A stretch of 64,000 bases of DNA from the human T2T-CHM13v2.0 reference genome, Homo sapiens, in the NCBI RefSeq assembly GCF_009914755.1, contig NC_060926.1, one strand, 5' to 3'. Positions within the stretch are counted from its first letter, which is position 1. Each line of letters starts with the position of its first letter. Below the pieces are notes generated by a model. The model saw only the letters and a list, made by a program, of their open reading frames with translations. It did not search any database and was not told the DNA's origin. Positions 23,201 to 35,124 of the stretch are shown here, piece by piece. The position numbers were made by a program, and so were the translations under genes.

Positions 23201-26200
23201 CTTATTGGACAGTCCAAAGGAAGTGAGGGGTCCTTCTATGGTGAAACTAATTTGTGATTCATGTGTTCCCTCATCTGAGAATCTGGGGCAGGCCCATTTC
23301 CATGACCCTTTTCCAGAAGAAGTCCATGCTATGTGGCCAGCTTTCAACAGTGTCTTGATCTCGTTGCGCAGGTCAGCCTGACTAGAGAAGTCCAGTTTGG
23401 GGATGTTCAATTTGTGGAAGTATTTAGTGTTGCTATCCAGGGTAAGCTGATTGTTTATCTTGACAATCACTCCATTACTAAGCTCCAGTGTATTTTTTTC
23501 TGTGTGTAAACTTGCCACTGTGTTTGATTTTCCCTCAATAGCATTTCCAAAAAACAGCATTTCACTCCCATGCTCCGTTCTCAGGTACTTGCTGGAGAAC
23601 TTCACTGACTCCTTCAGAGCCAGCGGATTAATCTTAGGGTTTGAGAGTTGTGCATTTGCTTGAAAATCAAAATTGAGAACTTCTAATTTGGACTCTCCTT
23701 TGGCAGTGATGGAAGCTGCGATACCTGCTTCGTTTGCTGAGGTGGTTCCATTCCCTATGTCAGCATTTGCATCTAATGTGAAAAGAGGAGATTGGATTTT
23801 CAGAATACTGTATAGCTTGCCAAAAGTAGGTACTTCAATTGTGTGTGAGATGTGGGGAAGCTGGAATTCTAGTATGTGAAGGTCAGGAACTTGAAAATCA
23901 TTAAGGTTGAGAGTTGGGATTATGAATTCTGGAATTGCGATTTCTGGTAAACGGAAGTCTGGCAGGGTGATTCTCGCTAGAGGAATGTCCTCCACCTTCA
24001 GATCCCTGAGATATATATCTGGAACGGGCCACTGCAGCTCACTGTTCAGCATCTGGTCAATGGTTCTGATGATCTTTACTTTCATTTCTACAAAGTCAAT
24101 TGTAAAGGAAGGAATGTGGAAGGTGTTAAGGATGGTAAATTCTGGTGTGGAAAACCTGGATGGGATTTTTATATTTTTTAAGTCTTTGAAGTTTATCTGA
24201 ACTGATGGAATCCTCAAATCTGTTAGGGGGACTATAAAATCAGGTGTCTGGAAGGTAGCTTTCTGAAGAGCCTGAAGACTGACTTCAAAGGCAGGCATGG
24301 TCCCAAGGATGGTCTTGATTTCAGGAACAGTGAACCCTTGCTCTACCAATGCTTTCATACGTTTAGCCCAATCTTGGATAGAATATTGCTCTGCAAAGTC
24401 AGTAAGGTTCTTAGCAGCAAGAGTCCACCAATCAGAAATGTAGGTGACAAGTGTGCTATAAACCTGGCCTACCAGAGACAGGTATCGTTGAAGTTCCTGC
24501 TGAATGTCCATTTGATACATTCGGTCTCGTGTATCTTCTAGGGTCTCTCGGAATTTGGCCTTCATGTGAGCCAAAGATGCTGAACTTAAAGCCTCCTGTA
24601 ACCAATTGATGATTAAGGTTATTTTGGTGTCCTGTAGGCTTTCCAGATACACTGCAACTGTGGCCTTGGTTTCCTCTAAAAACAGTTTTAATGCTTCAGC
24701 TTTTTGTGGTAGTTCCAGAGCCTGAATTTCACCATTGAGTCTCTGAGTCACCTCACGGATTTTGTCATTGGTTTCATCTACAAACTGGTGGTAATCAAAT
24801 GACTTTAATTTCTTTATCAACATGTCAAGGAATTTGTTAACATCTTCAATGAATGTTTTAAAAGATAATTCATTAAGCTTCTTGACAGCATCATCAATAA
24901 ATCCAACCAATTTCTCAAAGTAATCTTTTATCTTAACTTGTTGTAGGACATTGCTTAGCTTCTGAATAGTCTCCTTCAACTTGTATTGGTGGGCCAACTC
25001 TACTAATTTATCCATTAAAACCTGGATTTGTTGGTCTACTTCATACCTCTCGATTAACTCATGGACTTTGGCTCTGAAGGCATTGATTTTCTCAGCTACT
25101 TCAAAATCCCCAATAAGATTTATAACAAAGTGTTTGACATGCTCAAGAACGTCATTTATTCTTTCAAATGAAATTGTAGTTCCCAATTGATCTAAAAGCA
25201 CTCTAACATCAATAGCCTCAATGTGTTGTTTTAACTTTCCAGCTAGGTGCTGGATGTCTATATTCTGTATGTGTCTCTTAAGCTGCTGCAGTTTTTCTTG
25301 TATCTGGATTCTGATTTGGTACTTAGTATCCACATTTTGAATCCAGGATGCAGTACTACTTCCACTTTTGTTAAAATCAATATTTTCAATAAACAAATGT
25401 AGATCATGGATTGTTTTTACTAAATTTACACGGATATGATAGTGCTCATCAAGACTTTTTAATTTTTCAATGATTTCATCAATAATATTAGCAATAGCTA
25501 TTTTCAAATCATGTAAATCATAACTATCTTTAATATACTGATCAAATTGTATCATATATGTCTGCAGTTGAGATAGTTTTTCATTAAAGTTGATTTTGGC
25601 ATCATCTAATGCAATTTGTATATCATTTTCTGTAATTCTATACTTTTTTGTGAGAGCAGTCAGTTTCTCCTTGGCATGTGAAACTTGTCTCTCCCAATTG
25701 AATGAATTCAGATAATCATTAGCTTGCTGTGGGAGTTTTCCCAGGGCTGCTCTGTATTTTCTTACAAATTGATCAATATTGATGTGCTTCAGGTTTCTCT
25801 GTACGTTTTCCAGTACAACTATAATGGTTTGTCGATTCCTCTCAAAATATTCTTGCAAGGTCTCAAAAAATGGGAGGTTAATGGAGTGAACATCTTGGTT
25901 TTTATCATACTTTACAAAAGCAACAATTGTAAATTCTTGGGGCTTCTCAACGGCATCTCTCATCTCTAAAGCATCAATGATATTGATGGGCTCACTGAGT
26001 AAAAGTGGCACTTTAATTGGGGAGTCTAGTAGAGTTAGGTCAGCCAGAGTTCGTCCAGTAAGCTCCACGCCAATTTTATCTTTAGTGTTGTAAGCATCCA
26101 AGTCCTGGCTGTATTCATTGTTGTTAAATTGGGTCTTGAGTTTCCAGGTGCCTGTCTGCTCAGCTGGAGTAAGCAGGGCACTGACTTTGTGTTCAAGAGC

Positions 26201-27870
26201 TGCACTGATGCTTTTCCTAGACACGAGATGATGACTTGTGGAGCCTTTGTAATCATGAGAGAAAGTAAATGCCAGAGGTTCTGCTTTCAACAGGAATTTG
26301 CTATACAGCTGCCCAGTACGTTCTCCCCAGAGAGCGAGTTTCCCATTGCCATTTGTATGTGCATCGATGGTCATGGTAAACGGGGCCATTACAGAACGGA
26401 AGACATTGCTGAAATGCAGTGAGTCTGAATTATAGTTTGTGCTCATGTCAATGGCTGAAGCCAGCCCAGCGATGTCTGTGTTGAGCCGATGGCTAAACTC
26501 CACACCCTGAACCTTAGCAACAGTGTCTGCTTTATAGCTTGCTGATAAGGCAGCAGAAGAGATGGCATAGATGTGTTTTATTTCATTATTTTGGTAGGCT
26601 CCTTTTAGGTTACCAGCCACATGCAGCTTCAGGGGTTCTAGCCGTAGTTTCCCATTGTTGGTGAGATCCAGAGCATTGTATTTCAGGTCACTGTTTAAAG
26701 TAGTTACCAGAGAATAGGGCTGTAGCTGTAAATTAACAGTTTGCTTATAAAACTTGTCAGAGCTGTAAATGTTGTCAAGTTTTGAAGAGAAGTCCAGTGA
26801 TAAGCCTGCAATGTTCAGACTGTTTGTGTGGTCAAATTTCATTTCAGCATATGAGCCCATCATGTCATTTGAGAGCTTAAGTCCTTCTTGACTGACCTTG
26901 AAGTTGAAAATGTTTTTGCTGTCGACACCCAGAATCATGGCCTGATAAGCACTTCCCAGTGATAGCTCTGTGAGGGCGGCTTTCCCATCCAGACTGAATT
27001 TTGCATTGTGTTCCCTGAAGCGGCCATTTGTTGTTAATTTCATAGATGCCCCAGAGAGGCCAAGCTCTGCATTCAGCTCATTCTCCAGCACCAGGAGACT
27101 ACACTTCAAGTTGGTCGTTGCACTGGTAGATATTCCATCTTGGCCAATCCTTAGTGTCGCCTTGTGAGCACCACTATTAATTTTGTCAGTGCCTAAGATG
27201 TCAGCATTTAACTCAAGACCATGGGAATTTAGTGATCCAGAAAGCAGGCTGAAGAACCTCAATGACTCGTAATCAGCCTGATATTCAGAACGCAGCAGTG
27301 CATTTTGCTTAGAGAAGGTCATATCCATCTTGTTAGAAGTGGCAAAGTTCTTATACTTCCCATTGGTGTCAGATTTTAAAGTCAGCTCGTAGTTCTCATA
27401 CTTTAGGGAAGCAGTATTTTTAATGATGCCACTTTGCAGATCAGAGGTGGAGGTGAGGGAGAGGGTTCCATCTTCATATCTTCCTGTTATCTGGTTGGTG
27501 CCTTGGAGGTAGGAGGAGTTAAACCTCAGGTTGGACTCTCCATTGAGCCGGCCAGTGTTAGGATCCCTCTGACAAGACAGGCCATATGTGCCTTTAGCAT
27601 AGAACGAAGAGACTCTGAACTGCCCATCAATCTTGACTTCTTTGACAAACAAATGCTGTTTCTTTTTGGAGTCCAAATGAACTGAAGCAGACATCTGTGG
27701 TCCCCAGGAACTAGATGCATCGAATATTAGTAAACCTTTTGAGACTGGGTTGTTTCCAAGTTTTTCTACATGACTGAATTTGATATTCGAATCTAGAAAT
27801 TTGTGGCGTAGAGACCCATCACATGATAGTGTGAACGTATTCTTGTGGTCATATGTTGTTTCTCCAGATC
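20299..27870 (-). CDS. APOB: APOB exon 26 (7,572 nt; contains the editing site and LDL-receptor-binding site B)
   Basis: ORF 20234..27877; acceptor TTAG|GATCT and donor AATG|GTAAG. Confidence 0.98.
21905..21931 (-). other. APOB: Coding segment for LDL-receptor/proteoglycan-binding site B (RLTRKRGLK)
   Basis: Direct translation; nearby Arg3527 codon CGG (21506-21508) is wild type. Confidence 0.9.
25534..25549 (-). promoter_or_regulatory. APOBEC1 C-to-U editing site (C6666; Gln2180 CAA to UAA, apoB-48) with mooring sequence UGAUCAGUAUA
   Basis: Minus strand ATA-C-AATT-TGATCAGTATA; edited C at 25549, mooring at 25534-25544. Confidence 0.97.
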
Positions 27871-28378
27871 CTAACATAAAAATGAAAAGACATTGGTTAA
27901 ATTAAGCAGTACATTTCCAGAGCAATCTCTATGTTGAAAGTCTTTCAATAATAAAGCCCCATTTTTCTGGGCCAATTGTGCAATAGACTCCTCCATCTGT
28001 AATGCAAAGATAAAATCTGATAGCAAAAGGCATTCCTCCAGGAAGCCTTGCCTGACCACCACAGGCTTTGTTTAGGTTCCCTTGTTGAGTGCTTCCACTC
28101 TACCTTATACTTATATACTACACTTTATCATAGCACCTCTCACACTGAATTATAATTGCTGGCTTATCTGTCTACTTTCTGTTACTGCCTACTAGAATAT
28201 TTAATACACGTGATATGTTTAATAAATATTTCTATTTGTTGAATAAAATAAAAGACTTCCAAGTAGCAAGGAAGATTATCTGCTAGAAAGCCAAAGTCCT
28301 TTCCTCCCTGGAGGAGGCTCTCCTCTTAGAGCCTGCCATGAACTAGCCCGGTGCACCCTTTACCTGAGCATAGCTCAC

Positions 28379-28752
28379 CTTGCACATTGTAGGAAAGCAG
28401 GTCAACCACAGAGTCAGCCTTCATGTGGTAACGAGCCCGAAGGCTGAAATGGTCTGTGCTGGTGTTGCCACCACTGTAGGAGGCGGACCAGTTGTACAAG
28501 TTGCTGTAGACATTCGTGGAGAGGTCTAGAACACCCAGGAGAGGCACTTGCAGTTGATACAACTTGGGAATGGTAAAAGTAGGGACTTGGAACTCTCGAG
28601 ATGGCAGATGGAATCCCACAGACTTGAAGTGGAGGGCTGGTGTCCTAACAGTCTCTAACATCTTTAGATCTCTGGAGGATTTGCCACCAAAAGGCAAAGG
28701 AATCTCAATTTTCAAACTGTTCTTGTTCAAGGTATATTTGACCCGGCCATCG
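28379..28752 (-). CDS. APOB: APOB exon 25
   Basis: 374 nt; [23 protein letters not shown]. Confidence 0.96.
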
Positions 28753-29666
28753 CTGAAATGAACAACAAAGATAACATCCCCACAGTCAGACATCAGTCAT
28801 TCAAAGTTCTCTGCCTCTGACCTTCACAGCAATATTGTACTTGCCCCATTCCCAAAGCCACTCTGCACTTTTCTTTGTGCTACTCCTATGCCTGGACCCC
28901 TTTGCTTTTACCTCCACCTGTCAAACACTCAAATCCTGACAAAGCTCTTCTAAGGGCCACTCCTTATCATTACCATCCCACCTAAGTCATAGCCAATTTG
29001 TCTCATTCTTACAGTTACATAGTCCCTTGCACCTTTCTCAAAGAGCATGTCATAATTTTGCTTATATAATTAATTATTTCTCATTTGTTGATGTCTCCAT
29101 GGTATCTTCTTGAAAGAAAAGGCTATACCTTACCCAGTTTCTATCTTCTCACTGTACCTAGTCTAGCATTTTGCACATAGGGGATACTTGATACAAATTT
29201 GCTAAACTGAATTGAGACAACTTGATTTGTGGAAAGAACATAGGTATGGAAGTCAGTAAGCCTGGGTTAAAGTATTTTCTCAGAATGCTGCCTCCATTTA
29301 GTGCTCAATGGCTGTTCTGACTCTCTCTAGCTTAACAGCAAGCCTGTAGTCAATAACGCCTCTAGCCATTCTGAATTCTTCACAGTCAGAGGGAGAATTT
29401 GCTTATAACAGGTTGTACTGAATAAAATATCTTAGGGTGAAAGTACCAGAATCCTCTAATGACTTTCTTAGATTCTTCCTGACAGGGTTGGTGTTCTCAT
29501 GTTTACTAATGCAAAGATGCCACAGTGTTTGTGCTATAGTTATTAATCTCCTTAAAATGCTTAAATTATTTCCTTTAAAAATTTAAAAAAATGTCTAAAT
29601 CATGCTATGTAAAATCTTTCATTTACTTTGCATGGTTCAAGAAGCCTTGCTGCTTTCTTCTTTTAC

Positions 29667-29812
29667 CTTTTTAAGAAGAGGTTTTCTGGGATGTGGAAGT
29701 CTGGCAATCCCATGTTCTGGAGGTTGAACTCCTTCAGGCTATTGAGGTGGTCTTGCAAAGTCTGGGTATAAGGAAGACTCCCAGATGCCTTCTGAAGCCA
29801 TGAGCTCATTGC
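29667..29812 (-). CDS. APOB: APOB exon 24
   Basis: 146 nt; [23 protein letters not shown]; AG/GT bounded. Confidence 0.96.
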
Positions 29813-30291
29813 CTACAAAATGACAGGAGATTTTTAAGGTAATGGGCTTGGATGAGCCTCAAAGAGCAATGAACATTAGGCAAAAATACCAATTTGACAA
29901 GTTAATTATTAAGCTGGACAATGCACTGAAAGTTAAAAATAAATAACAGAAAATTATGAATCTTCGTTGCCAGTCACTGATCACTGTCCATATTTATAAA
30001 AGGAATGTCTAACATAGTCAGCCTCCTAGCTGGTGTCCTGAAGCTTCCTTTGATACCACTAGGCAAAGAACTGTTCTACTTAGTAGCATCTCTTTGATAT
30101 GTATCACATTCAGCTTTGTGTAACTGGGTAACTACACACTTGTGAAAGTTTTTTTTTCTCCCCAAGAATTCCCTGGGGGGAAGGAAGCATGCCTTATACA
30201 TCTTTGGAAACCTTCCTGCACCTAGCTCAGAGTTGAGGATGTAATTAGCACTTATATCCATGTATTTATTGACTGGCAGACTCATACTTAC

Positions 30292-30479
30292 AACTATTAA
30301 TTTGGAACCCACGTGCCGGAAAGTCATGTCTGTTTGAGGGACTCTGTGATCCAGGAGTCTATTAGCATACATATGCAAGCTCTTAGGATAATCGGAGAGA
30401 TCCACAGGGAAATTGGAAGTCATTTTTTTGGTATCTACATTGGTGCCTGTGTTCCATTCAAATTCAATCTTCTCTTCAT
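30292..30479 (-). CDS. APOB: APOB exon 23
   Basis: 188 nt; [27 protein letters not shown]. Confidence 0.96.
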
Positions 30480-30588
30480 CTGAAAATACGTAGGAAATAG
30501 TTGTGAATGGTACTAGTTCAGCCTGTAACCACAGGTCTCAACACCTGCATTACTTTGGAAGTGCTCACACAGGGGAAGAGACACATAC

Positions 30589-30764
30589 CATAATGCCATG
30601 CCACCCTCTTGGAAACTGTGGAGCCATAAGCTGTAGCAGATGAGTCCATTTGGAGAAGCAGTTTGGCAGGCGACCAGTGGGCGAGGATCTCACTTCTGGC
30701 TTCTGCTTGCAAACGGGGTATGGAAATAACACCCTTGATTTTTCTTTCTTCCTTTGTGTCACAA
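30589..30764 (-). CDS. APOB: APOB exon 22
   Basis: 176 nt; [23 protein letters not shown]. Confidence 0.96.
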
Positions 30765-31226
30765 CTATGGTAAAGAAAATCAGTTGGCACCAATGATTTT
30801 GTCCTTTCAATGGAGATATGCAGGATTAAACAGAAGTTCCATTTGTGGTGATCAAAACCAGATACAAGGATGGTTCAGAGAAACAGCCACAGATCAAACT
30901 CATCAACTTCTAAAGCCAACATTCAGCACAAATTAAGGACTTTGCAAACAGGTTTAGGAGAAAGAGAAGTTTTTTGAAAACTGTTTGAATCCTGCTCTGC
31001 TATTTACTAGCTCTGTGATTTTGACCAAATGATTTAACCCCTCTGAGCTACCATTTCCTTATCCATGAAACAGGAAAACTCACAGTGACCTCGCAGTTTA
31101 TTGTGAGGACCGAGATAATTTCTTTAAAGCACCCAGCACTGTGCTTGATACATGAATAGTAAGTGCCTGATAAATGGTAGGAAAATCCAACTGGACATGC
31201 GCAGAGGGTTAAAATGTTGAGAGCTT

Positions 31227-31868
<642 letters not shown>

Positions 31869-31921
31869 CTGGACGAGTGTATAAGAGAATCAAGAGATGT
31901 GTGGTAAGAAGCTATGTTTTG

Positions 31922-32262
31922 GGCCGGGTGCGGTGGCTCACACCTGTAATCCCAGCACTTTGGGAGGCCAAGGCGGGCAGATCATGAGGTCAGGAGATCA
32001 AGACCATTCTGGCTAACATGGTGAAACCCCGTCTCTACTAAAAATACAAAAAATTAGCCGGGCGCGTTGGTGGGTGCCTGTAGTCCCAGCTACTCAGGAG
32101 GCTGAGGCAGGAGAATGGCATGAACCCGGGAGGCGGGGCTTGCAGTGAGCCGAGATGGCACCACTGCACTGCAGCCTGGGCAAAAGAGCGAGACTCCATC
32201 TCAAAAAATAAATAAATAAATAAATAAATAAATAAACAAACAAATAAATAAATAAATAAATA
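31922..32262 (+). mobile_element. AluY, intron 20, with (TAAA)n STR tail and TSD AAGAAGCTATGTTTTG
   Basis: Alu consensus; TSDs at 31906-31921 and 32263-32278; tail corresponds to the known intron-20 (TTTA)n marker. Confidence 0.93.
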
Positions 32263-33095
32263 AAGAAGCTATGTTTTGGAAGGAAAGAGAGGAAAAGGTA
32301 GAGAAACTCCAAGGAATCAATGTGCTTAAACAAAAACACAGTTCAGGATTTTACTGAATTTTTTTTTTCTCATTAAAATTTTTTAATGGGTCTCATTTAC
32401 TGATAATTTTAAACTCAGTTGTGTTCATGTATGCAAGTCTTTATGGATTGCCTGTTATGAGCCTATTGTGTGCTGGGCACTGCTCTTGGTACTGGGGAAT
32501 CCTTGCTTTCATGGGGCTTACCTTCTAGTGGGGGAGGTGTACAGGCAATAAACAAGTAACTTGCTCATGTCAGATGGTAATGAATGTTATGAAGAAGAGT
32601 AAAACTGGATACAAGGATAAAAGAAAGGGATAGAAGAAGTGTTATTTCATACTTGGTGGTCAGAGAAATTCTCTCTGATAAGGGCACATGTGGGCAGAGA
32701 CCAGAATGAAAAGAGGTTGGAGCCACGCTGAGTTCTGGGAGGAGCACATTCCAGGCAGAAGGTCAGGAATGCAAAGGCCCTGAAATGGGGAGCACTTAGC
32801 TTGTTTGTGGAACAGCAAAGGCTCGCAGCCCTTCTGGGCCAGGAAGACACGACATCTCTATATTACTTTCTACCCAAGATGCCTGTCCTGGTTCCTTGCT
32901 GCCCTTGCCCTGGGCTCCATCTCCCCAACTCCCCCTTTCTTTGTAACAAGATTCCCGGGCGTCCTTCAATCCATAGGCTGGTCCATTTTATATCCTTCGT
33001 AAAACAATGTTTACCAAACACTATTTCCCCAGCGTGCCCTGCTCCTCCAGTGCTTTCTATCATGGGATTTTCTTCCTAGTTTAATTCTGTGATAT

Positions 33096-33235
33096 GCTAT
33101 CCCTATATAAAAATTTTTCCAAAGTGAACACCTAAATGTGCCCCATTCCCTAAAACCTGCTCCTCGCTATCCCTATATAATTTTTTTTCCAAAGTGAACA
33201 CCTAAATTTCTCCCATTCCCTAAAACCTGCTCCTC
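33096..33235. repeat. 70-bp tandem duplication
   Basis: 33096-33165 vs 33166-33235, 6 mismatches. Confidence 0.92.
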
Positions 33236-34022
33236 CAGTAGCCCTTTCCATCTCAATAAATGGAAGTTCCATTTTTCAGTTGCCCGGGCCAAAAACCTTA
33301 GGTTTGTCTTCATTCCCCTTTTCCTCTTACACTCAACATCCACTGTATCAGCAAATCTTGTCAGCCTAATCTTCAAAATATGGCCAGAATCCATCCCCTT
33401 CTCATATCTCTTCTGCCATTGCCCTGATCCAAAACAACACTGATTCCTGCCTGGATTATTGTGATAACCTACATATTAGTTTCTCTGCCCTTGTCTGCCC
33501 ATAGTCTTTTCTCAACATAAACATAAATCAAATCATGAGGACTCCCCAATGGCTTTCGTTTAATTCATAGAAAAAGCCAAAGTTCTTACCATGGCCTATG
33601 AGATTATCCTTCCTTCACCTCTCCATATCTCTCTGTCCTCATCTTCTACCTCTTTTCTCCCTGGTCTTTCTGCTCCAGCCATACTGTCTTCCTTCCTTTC
33701 CTTGAAACATGGTAGTAGTGTGTCAGCCTCAGGGCCTTTGCACTTGCTGGTCCCTCTGCCTGTTAACAGTCTTACCACACGGCTTCTCCTCTTATTTCTG
33801 TTAGGTCTCCTTATGCTCACTTTACCAGGGAGACTTTCCCTTATTATTCCAAATGCACTGCTTTCCCTGCCCTTCTTCCTCCCTCCTACTCCTAGCCCTC
33901 CATAGACCAGTCTACGCTCTGTTTTCCTCCTCAGTACTTATCTGATATTCCAAATATTAACTTGTTTGGTTGTTCACTGTAACTTCCATGAAGGCAGAGA
34001 CTCCATTGTTCACTGTTCTAGC

Positions 34023-34112
34023 CCCAGGTCTTAGAATAGGCCTGCCGCTTATTGGGTACTCAGTTAACCCAGGTCTTAGAATAGGCCTGCCGCTTAGTGG
34101 GTACTCAGTTAA
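34023..34112. repeat. 45-bp tandem duplication
   Basis: 34023-34067 vs 34068-34112, 1 mismatch. Confidence 0.93.
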
Positions 34113-34210
34113 CCTATTTGTTAAATAGGTTAAATTACATGTCTTCTCCTCATGAATTCTGAACCTGAGACTGCGAGCAGAGATGAGGCAGCTGTGTTTT
34201 GAATACTCAC

Positions 34211-34332
34211 CTTCTGCTTGAGTTACAAACTTCAGGGTATCCACCAAGGCTCTGTCCTCTCTCTGGAGCTCATAGGTTGCGCTGACAGAATACTGCTCAA
34301 TCTCTCCTGTAGGCCTCAGTTCCAGCTCTAAT
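34211..34332 (-). CDS. APOB: APOB exon 20
   Basis: 122 nt; LELELRPTGEIEQYSVSATYELQR. Confidence 0.96.
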
Positions 34333-34941
34333 CTAAAGACATTACAATGAAGACAGTGCATAATGTTAGAGCTTTCAAGGATGGTGATTATGTTCCCAAA
34401 ACAATTCAGCCTCAAATGCAACAAAAATATGGTCCTTATTTTAACATTGTCTCTTGCCCTTAACTAAGATGATCTTTTTGATCCCTCAGTCCTACAAGAA
34501 CCCAAGGCAAGGGCAGACACCAGGATTCCCAAGACTTTGGACAAGCAGAGCAGGAGTTGGCTGGTTGTTTCAGCAAAGCTGAGAACAAGCACTGGAACTT
34601 GGGGGCTGAAGACAGGGAGCCACCTAAGTACGGTGAAGGCTTCAAGCACATTGGTGGGCTCCAGGAAGCTCATAGCGATGGGTCTGGAGGCTCAGAAACA
34701 TGGACACTGAATTAGGAGCAAATTGGGATCTGTGCTGTGATCCCATCCCATGCACAAGGAAGCAAAAGGTGACACCCAATGTGTTGGCCAGAGGACCCTG
34801 CTTTAAATACCCAAAGATGGTGCAAACCCAGAAGGCTAGTGACAGGGTCTTACAACACAGAGTATTTTTTCCTGTGCCATGCTAGGTGGCCATGATGTGG
34901 AAGGTGAGAAAATGCTGGGTCAGGCACTGAGCATCTCTAAC

Positions 34942-35124
34942 CTGGTGTCCCCGGTCAGCGGATAGTAGGAGGCGGAGTCTGTGGAGCTGGCGTTGGAGTA
35001 AGCGCCTGAGGTGCAGTAATTCAGGCCAGGAAAGACTTGCTTGCAAACTGACCAGGACTGCCTGTTCTCAATGAGAGGTGGGATCACCTCCGTTTTGGTG
35101 GTAGAGACCAAATGTAATGTGTTG
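34942..35124 (-). CDS. APOB: APOB exon 19
   Basis: 183 nt; [21 protein letters not shown]. Confidence 0.96.

Larger units (their letters stand above)
32400..34130. mobile_element. Degenerate L2 fragments, intron 20 (boundaries approximate)
   Basis: L2-type text (TGTGCTGGGCACTG, CAAAGGCCCTGA, CTCAGGGCCTTTGCACTTGCTG). Confidence 0.6.

Noticed and set aside
17141-27720. Many antisense and alternative-frame ORFs over exons 26 and 29
   Set aside because: Short shadow ORFs of the APOB CDS with no independent gene signals
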